A DNA stretch of 64,000 nucleotides from the NCBI GenBank assembly GCA_010909165.1, contig VJWM01000173.1, positions 434,001 to 498,000 on the forward strand, read 5' to 3'. The translations under genes and the position numbers were made by a program. Origin of the DNA: Anthoceros angustus (taxonomy: Eukaryota; Plantae; Anthocerotophyta). The notes below the pieces were generated by a model that saw nothing but the letters and a program-made list of their open reading frames with translations, made no database searches and had not been told where the DNA came from. Below are positions 10,611 to 23,376 of the stretch, piece after piece. Positions within the stretch are counted from its first letter, which is position 1, and every line of letters starts with the position of its first letter.

Positions 10611-13600
10611 ATGGCCACCTCTCCAAATGTGCCACCCATTCCCATCATCAATTATATGAATGTGACATCGATTTTAAGGAGAAGGACCGTTTGGCACTAA
10701 GTTGAAATATGGTCCAAGCGTATGCGTTATCTTAAATACCAGATCTAATTGGCATAGTTGATGGCACCTCAAGCCCATCGGGCCCTCGCTCTCGACTCTT
10801 GGATCAAACAAGACAGCTTGCACTTCACATTCTTATTTGAGCCTTGGCGAAGTCACTACATCATCTTGATGGGGCTACTGCTGCAGGCATGGCGGTAGAT
10901 ATTTTTCAATCTACCAATGTTATGACATTAGTAATGCATGTAATTTTATTCCTTACGCATGCATAATAATGAGAGCATTGGTACTTATGTTGGGAAGTTT
11001 CGATATCTTGAATGCCTTTAGGCACTCCTTATCGAATTTGAAGCTTGTGTCCAACTCGGCCTCCCTTCCCGACTTTCAAGCATTTGTGTCCTCTCGAATG
11101 GCACATTCGAGAGGCTCATCAGATAAGGCGGCCGCACCCATTCCATCTCCAAATTGCGCTCTCCTTCAAGAGGAGGCTTCCAGTTCAACGCCGGCACTTG
11201 AGCATGGTGGTGAACGAGTTATGTTCGTTAGCAAAGGCGTCAACGTCACCTCGGCCCGGCGGCGTCCTCCTCCACGAGCGGCCCTTCACTGCGCCTTCTC
11301 GGCTCCTTCTCGCTTCCTTCTCCAAGCTGGTGGTTCCGGCCCAAGCACAGTACTGGCGGTGCGATTCGAGCCAGGGAGCTGCCGAAAGCCGGTGAGCCTC
11401 GACGCCTTCCAAGTCGCCAATATGGCCTCGACCTCCAAGCGAGCAGGCCGACATTGCCCTCACGATGCGGTAGCTTTTGAATACAAGACCTCTTGGCTAT
11501 TGGACTCGCTTCCACTATTTGCCATCACCATATGTTTTCGATTATCTCCTCCGAAGATCAACGTTTTGTTCTTCTCGGCGATGACTCGGCCTTACTATTG
11601 CGCGCAGCCTTTATTACTTTTACTCTTGAAGATGGTTCATCCTTCTTTTAAGTGATGTGCTACATGTTCCAAATGGCGAAGAATCTTATCTCCGTCACAC
11701 TTGGTGAAGGACGGTACTTTCGAGCTAGAGTTGGCGGGCGATTGCCTCCTCACAAGATCTGTTGCTCTGGTCGCGTGGTTGCTGAGGTCGTCGCATGACC
11801 TCTATGTCTTCCGCCGTACCGATCACACTTCCTCGACCGCTCCCGCCATGGCCGCTGCTCGAGAGGAGTTCGCAAAGGTGACTCCTATTATGGCATTCTC
11901 GGCTTGGACATATTAATCATGATAAGCTTTTAGAGATGTCTAGGCGGGATTTATTTAGGATAAGCTACCACACTTTTCACTCCTCCGTTGTGAACCTTGT
12001 ATATATGCTAAACAACGTAGCTTCCCCCTATCTACACGCCCGTCGGGCTACTCATTGGAGTTGGTCCATGTTGATCTTTGTGGTCTCCCGTCCCTTCACT
12101 TGGCGCGCCGCACTTTATGACTATTGATGACTATAGTCGCTATACCTTTGCTATTCCTCAAGTTGAAGAGTGATTCCTTGGCTCCTTTACTCCTTTTGTC
12201 ACTATGGGTGCAAACCGGTTGCAAGCTTGATTGCATTAGATCGACAATGCGGAGAATTAAATAACCGCAATTTAAGGACTTACATCTTGAGAGGGGATTA
12301 TCCGTGGGTTCGGTTCCTATACTTCTCGGCAGAATGGGGTTCTTGAAAAGGCCAGCAGCGATCGCCGCCATGGCCGCGCTAGCTCGGCTCCCAAACCCTT
12401 CAGGCGGCGGTTAATCTGCGGCGTATCTCCGCAGGTTCTTTCAAGTCGGTTCTGGCGGACACCCTTTGAGTCCATGGATATAAGCCTCTTATTACTCATC
12501 TTGGATTTTGGCTGCCCGCTAATATTCCTTCGCCGCGACAAGCTTTACGCTCGTGCTCAGGTATTTGTTAATGGCGAGGACCGTAAGGCTTATAAACTGG
12601 TTGACTTGGATACCCATGCTATTGTATATGCTCTGTCACTTTTGATGAGGCTCGGTTAGCATCGCTCGTTACGAGTCCATGGATTACCGGCTCCTTGGAC
12701 ACGCTTCTTCCGACCAGTGACCTTATGCGAGTTTTGACTCACCTCTTTCCGGACTCGGTCCCGCCCTTTGCTCCATCCGGCCTCTTCACCTCAAGCGGCA
12801 CCTATACCTATTTCACGCTCGAGAGGGGAAGATGACAGCCATTGTTGATCCTTATGAAACAGAGACTTTGGTGCTCTTAATTCCACAAGACCCAGAGCAG
12901 TTCTGCTCCACCTTCTCCGTAACACTTGATCCATTCAGCGGTATCCTTCGTCATCGTCAACCGAGACACCTCGGAATGAGATCCCTTTGATTTAGAGTTC
13001 AATCAAGGCTACACACCACCGCCTGCAGTCATTTCAACGCCTTGATGTTGCCCCTTGAGAGGAGATCCTCTCACTCTTCAAGAGGCATATTCGACTGATG
13101 CGCTAAGTGGAAGTTTGCTATTGATGATGAATATAATTCTCTTATCAAAAACAATACCTGGACTCTAGTAAACTTGCCGAAAGGCAGAACTACTGTCAAA
13201 TGCAAGTGGGTTCTCAAAACTAAATTCCAGGAGGTTGAACCTCGTATTCGCTATAAGGCGAGACTAGTGGCTAAGGGTTATAGTCAGAAAGAGGGAGTGG
13301 ACTATCAGGGCGATAAGGTTTATTCACCTGTAGTCAAGGCTGCTTCCGTGAGAATGCTCCTGGCTTTATGTGCCGAGCTTAATCTGGAAATTTATCAGCT
13401 TGATGTTTGCTTTTCCTTTATGGTCATCGCAAGAAGAGATCTATATGGATCAACGAAGACTATGAAGATGAGCAATACCCAAACAAGGTGTGTAAACTTA
13501 TTCGTTCTATTTACGGACTAAAGCAAAGCCCACGTTTATGGTATGAGAGAATGGACTCTTACCTCAAGAAGATAGGTTTATCCAAAGTGAAGCGACACCA

Positions 13601-14520
13601 ATATCTATGTACTCATGAGGACAGCTCCCTTGTCTGGTTGCACTATATGTTGATGACTTAGTTATTCCAGCAACAATATTGAACTAGTTAACAAGATTAA
13701 AGTGACCTTAGTAAAGAATTCGAGATGAAGGATCTCGGCAAAGTTAAATATATTCTTGGTATGCATGTACATAGAGATACCACGGTGCTATATCTCCATC
13801 AAGGAAGATATGTAGCTGGTATGTTAAAACGCTTCAATTTGGAGAATGCACGTCGCCACACGCCGTGGAGTTAAGCTTTCATCACTACATCCACAATCGA
13901 GCAGGAAAGAAAGAGATGGAAAATATTCCTTATCGTATGGGAGTTGGTACTCTCATGTTCTTGAGTAATCGACCGGACGATATCTCAAATCATAAATGCT
14001 ATTGCTCGTTCTCGGAGAATCCGAGGAAAGGATCACGGGTTGCTCTCAAGCGCATCATGCGGTACCTCAAGGGTACTCCAAATTATGGCCTCTGCTTCAA
14101 GCCTAGCGGAAAGCATCTCTTGACATGCTTTGTCGATGCGATTGGGCTTGACGACACCGAAAAAGTATCTCGATATTGCTTTCTTGGCTCCACTGTTAAT
14201 TGGTCTTGTAGAAAACAAGCTGCAATATTATCATCAGCAATCGACAAAGCACTCACTGAAGCCACGAAGAGGTGAATGGGAAAGAAAGCTATGTGAAGAT
14301 TTGGATATGAAGCGGGAAGAATAGCATGCTTAATTGTGACAATATGTCACCATTGCTGTCGCTAATCCGTCTTTCATGCGCGCAAGCATATTGAGATTCA
14401 ACACCATTATATTCGTGACGCGAGAGGAATTGTTAAGATGCGTATGTACCCACATACACAGATATCTTGACAAAATCCTTGCGAAGTTCAAACACGCTTC
14501 CACAGAGAAGGGCTTGGATT
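10611..14520 (+). pseudogene. copia gag-pol polyprotein (frameshifted)
   Basis: Gag start MATSPNVPPIP...EIWSKRM; protease SWLLDS near 11500; integrase LWHSRLGHINH and LELVHVDLCG; RT KCKWVLK, YKARLVAKGYSQKEGVDY, IYGLKQSPRLW and LYVDDL; RNase H VNWSCRKQ and KHIEIQHH. Confidence 0.92.
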
Positions 14521-14740
14521 GGTTGTTGTGACTTTTGCCTGGACCGATCACACATTTGGTGAGGCGTATCTTATCTCGAGCGTTCGATTACTTGAAGTTG
14601 TGCTATTGTAGACCGCTTCAATCTTACTTGCGACCGGTGATCGGTGAGTTGAGTTTAGTTGAAGACCGTAGTACTTATACAATACTCCGACAAATGATTA
14701 TTAGTTCTTTGATTTAGATAACCCAACTAGTCGAGAGGAG

Positions 14741-14925
14741 AGTTAGAAATGCATGCGTTGGTTATGGTTAGCTTAGCTAAACCCGTGGTCATACCCTTTG
14801 GTATCTAGTACCGAAGAGGTACAACTCTTCAGACACAGGCTATAAAAGCCCACCTCTTGTAATCAATTGTATCAATTAGTAAAGCACTATCTTTGATCAA
14901 ACGCTTCCGCAAAGCACCTCAAACT
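14741..14925 (+). repeat. 3' LTR of copia A1 (185 bp, AGTTAG...AAACT)
   Basis: Follows the polypurine tract gagaggag (14733-14740) with no spacer and is followed by the TSD ggtcc. Confidence 0.92.
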
Positions 14926-16479
14926 GGTCCACACTTTCATCTTGGTCCACATCCAAATCTTAGACCCATTCTTGCAGCAGTACAAGGAGGAAGTGGAACA
15001 AGGAGTAACGACGGAGCCATCTTTTCGTGCATGGATCCATGCGGTCGGGCGGTGGGAAGATTCGATCCATCTCACGGATGTGGCTGCGGTTATGGACGGG
15101 CCGTCCCTTTGGGCCACGGCATACAGGCACATGGCATGCAAGGAAGCCACCTTGGACGATCGCCCGCGGTGAAGTGACACGGGGCGGTGTGTTCACCGTC
15201 GTCATGGGGGCGAAGGAGGCGGACTTACTATGGCCATGTCCAAGAAATCCTGCGGGTCTCGTTTTGAAGTGCGAACCACTCATCCACGAAGGTGAAGTGG
15301 TTCGAGTGCAATCCATGCAGCGGTCTCCCGTTGATAGAAAGCGATCACGAGGTTTCCACCGCGTGTTCACTAGGCGCTATTATGCGTGTCGGGCGGATGA
15401 TGTCGATACCCCATTCATATGGCCAAATCAAGTGACCCGATGTATTCTACATGCGATGGGAGACGGAAGAGGGGTGGGCATTAGCGTGCCCACTCCCGCG
15501 GGGTGGAGGGAGGAGCGAAGGAGGCGTGATGGACAGCGTGGGCGGCTTTCGGATAGGAAGTGAAAGCGATCCATTGAAACCCTAACTAGCGAAACCCTCT
15601 ACTACCCGCATGTATGGACACGGCTTACAAGCTCAATTACGCCTTTAGGCTAATAACAAGAGATGCGAGATAGATTCGCACTATTCCCGAGATGTCGGAT
15701 GTTCGAAGTCAACAACAATTACGCTCTATGCCATCGTCTTCTTTTCCAAAAACTATCCAAAGATATGCGTAAGGTGGCGACCTCGGGTCATTTATGGCGG
15801 GCTTTGTCCGCGTCTCTCCACGACTTTAAGAAGGACCCACCAAGTTTGGCGCTCATCCACGAACCAAGCCCAAACATCGAGAGCCGGCACCAAGTCCATC
15901 CACGTGTGATTTCAAGTAAACACCTCCCTACCTCCACGCCGCGCGCTGCAGCATCCAAGGCATCTGCGTCGGACTCCGGTAGCGGCAACCGGTGGCGAGC
16001 TCCTTCTTCGCGATTCGGGCGCGGAGGCTGGCAGCCGAGCCGACCAGTGCGGATGATGCTCTCCATCTCCGTCGGAAAAGGATCCCTATTGGCGTCGCCG
16101 GTGCGGCCATTCGAGACACTTTCCACCGATGCACGCAAGTGCACAAAAGCGGTGGTGGCGGAAGGTCGGGCGGAAGCGCGAAAGTGAAGAGGTCGTCACC
16201 ACACACGGCAAGCTTGCGCGGGCCGCAGCCGCGATTTGGAACAATGGCCCCGAGGAATGGCTAACCATCGATGAATTATAGAAATGCGCGCCGCATCACG
16301 CGGCGCGCAACGACGGCCGGCGCACACAAGCGTCTGCGGGAATCAAGTTAGCGCGGTAAAGATTTTGTTCAAGCATGCACGCGCAACGACCCATTGCGAC
16401 AAGCATGTAGGTGTCTGCGAAAACAAGTGAATGGTGAGGGTGATGTATGCGGAACACATGGACATGTACCACATCGCAA

Positions 16480-17200
16480 TGAAGGTCATGTGCCATGTAT
16501 AGGCAGAAAGATGGGATGCCGGAGGATATACCCTTCGATAATGGTGTGTAGCAAAACATCGAAAAACCCACGGATACTAGTACTTATTCATTCCCGCCAC
16601 CCAAGGACGACAGGCATATGGATGTATGGACACCACATACATACATGAAGCTAATGTGACATATATAGACAAGAGGTTGGGAGGACGGATGAATTATCCT
16701 TGGATAATGGAACGGGATGACATACATCGAATAGTGTATTAATACATTCAATAATGTATTAATACACTAATAAGTACTTAATTATTCCGACACCCAAGGA
16801 CGACCGCCTATAAATCTTTGGCGCATGTATGCGGAAAATATGGACATTTTCCACATACGGACATGTGGTCATGTGACATATGTAGGCAGGCAGGCATGTG
16901 ACATATGTAGGCACGACATGATCCTTGGCAAACCAACGATGCCGCATAAATTTGACCTTGGAGAATGGTATATATTAATATCCGAATTAAACGTGGACAA
17001 TGCTCGCATTATGCCCGACACCCAAGGACGACCGCCTATAAATGGTGAGGGCCTATGGATGGAGATGCGACGAGTCATCTCTTTTTATGACGATGCGCGG
17101 TATGTGACGGACACCAAAAGTGGCGCGTTCAAGGGAGGGCGTCGGGAGGATGTGTGAACCCGCACATCCATACCCTAGGACATTATCTGGGCGGAGGCGG
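16480..17200. repeat. Degenerate ~200-230 bp tandem repeat inside the CACTA element
   Basis: cacccaaggacgac core near 16598, 16791 and 17019, with shared acatgtg/catatg-rich flanks. Confidence 0.7.
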
Positions 17201-18499
17201 ATGAAGGTCCGTGAGTCTCCGTGCGGAGGTGAATTTGAAGGAGAAGGCATCGACGCCCACGCTAGCGGACAACACGCCATCCCGAAAATACAAAGAGATG
17301 CCGGATAACACGGAGGAACTTGCAGGCGGTTCGTGATTCGATTCTTGCGTAATGTGTGCACATATGGGCGGAGGATGACGTCATTGGGGAGAATCTTCGA
17401 TTGCGGGGAGCTCGGGTATGCACCCTCTCTTTGGAATAGAGACACGGTAACCAGCCCTCATCGAGGAAGAAGTAGGAAATCGGAATGAATATCACACCCT
17501 TTCTTAGATGGAAAGGGCAAGCCGATAATGGCGTGTTTGGCGATGGCTTTGTTGCGATTGCATTGTGAGCGATGAGATTCATGTATGAAACTTGCCTTCC
17601 ACGCCGTTGCAAAGCCGGTTGTAACGAAGAGGAGTAAAGGAAGCGTGTAACACTTGTCACCCTATCGTCGCCATGCAATTGGAATGAGAACGGGTGGCAT
17701 GCGATAACAGAATGGAAAAGCGGCTGTAGTCCAGTGTAACAGTCGATCAGTGTGGCGAGTCCATCGGTTTTCTCACTCTGCATGTAAGGATGTGCCGGCA
17801 ATAAATTGCCATGTCAAAAACTATTCCCAGCAATTCCATCAATTGAAAACATCGGGGTCGGTAGGAGGCGGAGGGAGGTCTGGCGGTTTCGGCTGCCATG
17901 TCGAGATGGAGTCGAAGGAACAAGTTTCCCTTTGCTGGTGATTTCGTCACATGGCGCGGGCGAGTCAAGTCGAGCGGGTGGTCTTTTGTCCGGCGGCACG
18001 GCGCGGAGGGGCGAGGCAGCGGGTTTGAAAGAGGCTACAATCTGCGCCATTCCGCCGGTTTGCCATCTCGTTTACGCTGCCTTCCCATCTTGCGCTTTAT
18101 CCTAACCAAGTACGAAATGCCTTGCACATCGACAGGACCCAGCATTCGTGAGTCCGGCAATTCCTCGCCGGTTCCAGGAGAACTCCAGCTTCGAAGACAT
18201 GGTTTCGAAGTGCCTATACCTTTGCCGGACACGGTTAGTTTGAACATGTTCATGATGTCCGTTTGATACTAAAGCTTTGGCAGGCGCCGTCCTGTACCTT
18301 GGTCACGGTGACAACAGAATTTGCTGTTCAGAAGGAAGCATACGACGTCTTGGCCGGCGCCGATGTCGTGGTTGTGGTAGCGGAATTTCGAAGGGTGGAC
18401 ATTGGGAGCACATGGAAATGCCATATGGGATCCGGATGCGGATGGAGGACATGGATGTTGGGGAGGACCTCGAGGAAAATGTGACGAGGTTCCAGTTCA

Positions 18500-19700
18500 G
18501 AAGATGCCGAGTGTAATGGCACGCGGGTAGTGCCGCGTGGCTTCTTGCAGCAGCCCTCACACGAAGTGTGGGCGGGGAATTTTGCAGTGCGGGTCAGGCG
18601 GAGGCACCATGTTCTGCAAACATGGGCCAGCGGTTTGTGGGCGACATGGACAACAAGGAGCTGGTCGGAGCAATACTACGGAAAAGGGGATTGCGGTGGG
18701 TCCAGACCAACTTGGAGCTAACAAGTGGCGGGCAAGAGGAAGGGAATGTGGCGACGCCGGGCCGCCACCATTGACATTTGGTGGCCTCGGTGTGCCAGCA
18801 CAAGAAGTTCATGGAAGTCATCCAGCAAAGCGCAAGCGAGATTCCGGGCAAATGGGCGACTTGTCGCGAGCAAGGAGGAAGGCGTGCGGTGAAGTGGCTT
18901 CCGGTTCCCGATCTCTGGTGAAGTCCATGATTAGGTCGGAGTTTAGTCAAGTACACCGAGCGGAACAACGATATGTGGGCGGCAAAGGCATACGCCTTAG
19001 CGGAGAAGAGAGTAGGGAAAAAAGCGCAGCTTTGAAACCTCCAGGCGGATGAAAAGGTGTGGAGGATATTGTCACATGGGCACGAGTTGAACTCGGACAA
19101 CACGGGAACTTTTGCCGTCAAGGCATCGCTTGCGACAAAGGCGAGATTGAGAAATCCAATGGACAAGGGCCAAACCCATGGGGCAGTGTGGGCCTTGGGG
19201 TGGAGTTCAAGTTCCAAGAAAAGTATGGGAGAGCCCCAACCGGCGAAGAATCACGAATTTGGTGCACTCGGCCACTAGCGAAAATGCATGAAGCGTGGGA
19301 TGTGATGAGCGGAGAACCACTGTGAGACTTTCGAAAGATGCGGGTCATAATAAGGGCTCAACGCGATGCCAAAACCCTTGAGGCCAAGCGCAATTCGGGT
19401 AAGTGTGCGAATTAATTCCGATTCGGATGTTGGTGCCGAGATGAGGATGAAGACGGTGGGGAAGAGCCGGATGGGGATGACACATACGAGGACACAAATT
19501 CCGAGGGGCGGTGCTTGGGAGGGCGAGGGACGGAGAAGAGTATGCGAGAAGAGGGGAAGGACGGTGCATGGGGATGAAGACAAGGCAGAATGGAAAAAGC
19601 GCGGCATCTCACACATATGCACATCGAGTCACTAGGTGGAGGGGCATCGTCGAGACAACGATTTCGAGGAAGTGTATACTCGTTCTCGGGCCGACAGAAG
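18500..19700 (+). pseudogene. Decayed second CACTA ORF (TnpA position)
   Basis: Peptide GQGPNPWG...FQEKYGRAPTGEE (19059..19325) is homologous to GMGPNPWG...FHKRYGTYPADDE (49207..49821, minus) in the other CACTA element. Confidence 0.55.
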
Positions 19701-20859
19701 CGGCGATAGGTGGCCACGTCTTGGCGGAGGCGAGGGGCGCGAGGGGCGTGGCGGTGAAGACAAAGGCCTCGGCGTCGAAGGGAAGGAGAGGCGAAATCCG
19801 GTGAGGCGTCTTGATGGACTCATGAGGTTTGGGCTGCACAGTTAGTTACGCACTAATGTTTCTTCTCATGCAGCTGGCGGTCATGGGCGTCGGCAATGTG
19901 GAGGGCTGCAACCATCCGCGAAGAGAACCAAGCGATGGAAAGGCACAAAGCGGAAAGGAGCACGGCACATATCACGGAATGCGAAAAGAGCCAAAGGCCG
20001 CAAAAGTGTCATATGATGCAATGATCAAATCGCCCGCGCGAGTATAATTAGATGTCGAGGCGAAACTACAAAACCCATGAAATGACATCGACATGTGCTT
20101 AGCGATGGGTGTAACCCACAGTGTATTGTGATTTTGACCCGAAATAACGCGACTTCAGTATAGCATCGACCGTATACCGACGTATGTATCAAATAGCGGA
20201 CATGACATCTTGTCGACATACTGATCGGACGTATATCGGCGAGTTCGAGGCGTACATGGGGCCCGTGGGATGTACATGCCACATGTCCGGGCGGGGCGTG
20301 TGGCTCGGGACATGAGCCGTTACACACCGCCGAAAGGACCGGCGTGCTGGTGGAATGATTCGGGAGGCGGAGGGGATGTCGAGCGTGTTAAGTTTGAAAA
20401 CAAACCCGATGGGTAATTAATGCGTGGACCGGAAGGCCACAAACTCGACAAGGCGGAACCGAACGACTCGACCACCGGGCCCAAAGTGTGTAACAAATTT
20501 TGTTGTCACGACCTTCATATTCTGAGGTTTTATAACGGATCCGAGGCCGGACACGGCCTAATCCATGTTACAAAACCGGCATAAACGTTACAAAAACCCC
20601 GAATCCTGTTATAAAACACCATAACATGGACACCATGTTTCTAGTAGTGCTTGCTACCTCGGCTTCCGCACGGAGCAAAGAATTTTGAAAATAGTCCCAA
20701 TAGTAGTCTCCATGAGGCTTGTCAGGCGAAAGTGTATACCTTCATGTTTGTGCTTGATCATTAGATCCGAGTCTTCCAGGCAGTGTTGGGCAATTGTTGT
20801 TGGTTCTTCCTCGTCCCACACTCCTGTTGCGACGTTGAACTTCTCAGGCTCCGAGTATT

Positions 20860-21330
20860 TTGATAAGGTCTGTGATCTGCCTATCCTGCCTTCTTTCTAT
20901 GGGTCACCGTCTGAAGATCCAGACGAGCACCTGTCCCTGTTCGAATGACTGATAAAAGCCAAGATGATATCATGCAGTGATAAGGAATGTGTTAAATACT
21001 TTTCCACCTCCATGCACGTGAAGGCAAAGGCCCGGTTTCAGGAATGAGGCGACTCCAGTAGGATTGATTGATCGATCCTCGAGACTGCATTCCTCACTCA
21101 ATTCCGACACAAGACCTTTTGAGAAAGACTGTAAGGAGAATTTGAGTTGCTTGGACCCAAAAAGATGGCGAGGACTTACCAGCTATATCGATTACACGTG
21201 CATGTTGGTGAAAAGGTTGGGCTATGCCACCAATTGATGAAGCCAATATGAAACGGGTGAAAAACAAGTTTGTCCGAGGAATCTATGACGAGTTCTTCTC
21301 GCGATTCTGGCCATTTCACAATGAATTGGC
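20860..21330 (+). pseudogene. Gypsy gag relic
   Basis: LPSFYGSPSEDPDEHLSLFE...VKYFSTSMHVKAKARF...LETAFLTQF, a retrotransposon gag pattern with stops. Confidence 0.7.
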
Positions 21331-21395
21331 CGAGGACAAACCAGTTCGATCACTTCCCCAAGAATGGGGAGGGAGGTGGTAGTATGGGGGGTGCA

Positions 21396-22620
21396 GGTTA
21401 GAGATGCATTTGCGGAAGCGTCTTGCATCAAGCAGATGCTTTATTAACAATGATAGAGTTTGATTCATAGGTGGGCTTATAAAGGATGGTTACGAGGGGG
21501 TGTGTCCTTCACTAGCCTGTTAGTTAACTAACTACCCACTAGCAAAGTCTAGCTTGACTAGTCTATATTGGGTCTAGTCTAGTCGACCTTAACCAACGTG
21601 GTTTGCACTACTTCCAACTCTTCCTCTCAGACACGTTGAGTTATTTGAGATCTCCATAAAATAAAAGAAGACCACTCGTCATCGGAGTCTTGCAATGTGC
21701 TATAGTCTTCTACTCGCCTGTCCCAACTCACGGTCGGACTCCCTCGTCTTGAGGATCACCGGCTCACTCACGGAGTAGAACACGGTTGTGGCCGAGGCGG
21801 GAAGCAGGCAATTTGTCAACTTCAAGTAATGGAATATAAGATAAAAGCCTCACCATATGAGCGACTTGTCTAGCATCATAAAGCTACTACAGTCTTCTAA
21901 TCCAAGCCCTTCTTTGTGGAAGTAGTGTTTAAACTTGGGCAAGGATTTTGTCAACACATGTGTTGTGTTATCGTCTGTTGGTACATACCGTACCTTTACT
22001 ATTCCCCTTTATGTGGTATCACGAATATAATGATGTTGAATCTTTACGTGTTTCGTGTGTGCATAGAATACGGGGTCAACAACTAAAGCAATTGTTGACA
22101 TGTTACCATGGTTAAGTATTGTTGGCCCTTCCTGCAGCATACCCAAATCCTTGCATAGCTTTCCTTCCCACTCAGCCTCCTCAGTGGCTTTTGTGAGTAC
22201 CATATTCTGATTTTGTTGATGAAAGTGAAACGACTACTTGTTTCCTACAAGTCCAATTGACAGAAAAGCCTGGCAAGAAAGCAATATGCTGAGATACTTT
22301 TCGTGGTGTATGCATCTGAAGCCCAATTTGCATCCACGTAGCATGAAACCAGAAGGCGCTTTTGACCACTAGGTTTGTAGCAGAGGCCAAAATTTGGTGT
22401 ACCCTTAAGCTACCGCATAATGCATTTGAGAGAAACCCAGTGATCTCATCCTTGGTTCTTTGAGAACTGAGCAACAACATTCATGGTGTTTGAGATATCA
22501 GGTCTTATCTAATTACTCAAGAACATAAAAGAGTACCAACTGCCATGCGATAGGTTACAAACTCCATATTCTTTTTGTCCTTTTCAAACTGAGGACAGGA
22601 GGCAGATGAGAGCTTAACAC
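21396..22620 (-). mobile_element. Diverged copia family A relative (A3): RT end, RNase H, 3' UTR and a 138 bp 3' LTR (21533-21396)
   Basis: VNWTCRKQVVVSLSSTKSEY and HTKHVKIQHHYIRD; 3' UTR and LTR align with A1 (aagggcttggatt, attacttgaagttg, agcccacct...taaagca...acgcttccgcaaa). Confidence 0.85.
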
Positions 22621-22697
22621 CAACAACACCTGGAGTGTTTCTTCAGACTGAGGGCAGGAGGCAGATGAAAGCTTAACACCAACAACATTTGGAGTGA
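22590..22697. repeat. Two-copy repeat, 58 bp period
   Basis: tgagg(a/g)caggaggcagatga(g/a)agcttaacaccaacaaca..tggagtg occurs twice. Confidence 0.85.
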
Positions 22698-22933
22698 CTG
22701 CAGCTTGTGCGTTTGAGACCCGCTATTTGAAGAACGCCATAAAGTAGGAAAGGGACAGCTTGATAAACATTGGCACAAGACTTGATAAAATGTATCAAAA
22801 TACTTAACCATCGCCCCCTGCGCTTCATGGGTGAGAGAAATGAGTTAGCAGCCAACTCGCATCCCACTACATTGTGATGTGAGTGCGCTGAATTATATTT
22901 TGTGTGGTTGCATGACTATATTTGATGCATATG

Positions 22934-22999
22934 CAAAGCTTATGGCAATGAATTGCGTTCTTGACGAAAGAAGAACGCAATTCATTGCCATAAGCTTTG
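22934..22999. repeat. Perfect 29 bp inverted repeat with an 8 nt loop
   Basis: caaagcttatggcaatgaattgcgttctt - gacgaaag - aagaacgcaattcattgccataagctttg. Confidence 0.97.
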
Positions 23000-23376
23000 A
23001 CGAAAGAATTGTTAGCTAGTGGGATACTGTGACACCTGCACGGCAAGGGCGTTGTCGATGCCTCTGTGGGCTTTCTTTACCTTCCGTCTCTATGCGACTC
23101 CCTTTGACACCTGCAGCGCACAGTTGCACAGTATCTGCAGTGGCAGGACAGGGCACCATGTTGCTTTGTTTTGAAGTGAATCTAGTGGTGATGTATGTAC
23201 ATACCTCGTGATGAAATCAGCAACTTCCTGTATCAGATCCATGCCTGCAGACTCCAGAATCGAAAGTCAAGTTGACCTTACGACGAATTTCAAGGTGATG
23301 CTGAGCGGCAACTTGTGGGCCCGCTTGAGAAACTGAGGCAACCAGACGCCACACTGTCTAGCTGATTCAGCCTTCA

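Larger units (their letters stand above)
8473..14925 (+). mobile_element. Full-length Ty1/copia LTR retrotransposon, family A copy 1 (6.45 kb)
   Basis: LTRs 8473-8658 and 14741-14925; PBS 8659-8670; PPT ending at 14740; TSD agtcc/ggtcc; domain order gag-PR-INT-RT-RH. Confidence 0.95.
8345..15480 (+). pseudogene. CACTA transposase (TnpD, DUF4218/DUF4216-like C-terminus) fragment, split into 8345-8472 and 14931-15480 by copia A1
   Basis: Joining the flanks gives ELHRVHTFILVHIQILDPFLQQYKEEVEQG...SFRAWIHAV...VMDGPSLWATAYRHMACK, which matches the TnpD pattern AHxYVL...F..WF...LAxGP...Y. Confidence 0.7.
8341..20649 (+). mobile_element. CACTA (En/Spm) DNA transposon, 5'-truncated, interrupted by copia A1
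   Basis: 3' TIR tttctagtagtg (= CACTACTAGAAA) at 20638-20649; subterminal gtta(c/t)aaaa repeats 20485-20630; TnpD C-terminal-like peptide; second decayed ORF 18500-19700 shared with the CACTA at 46938. Confidence 0.8.

Noticed and set aside
14918-14921. Canonical ...CTCA end for the copia A LTR
   Set aside because: It leaves AACT shared by all three A1/A2 LTRs outside the repeat, gives no TSD and has no matching TG at the other end.
15576-15598. aaaccctaa / aaaccct motifs as telomeric repeats
   Set aside because: Only two isolated copies; at most telo-box-like promoter motifs.
23030-23376. Frameshifted DYW domain after the PPR stop
   Set aside because: An FHH tripeptide occurs, but I found no HSEKLA, KNLRVC or CSC-DYW-like motifs.
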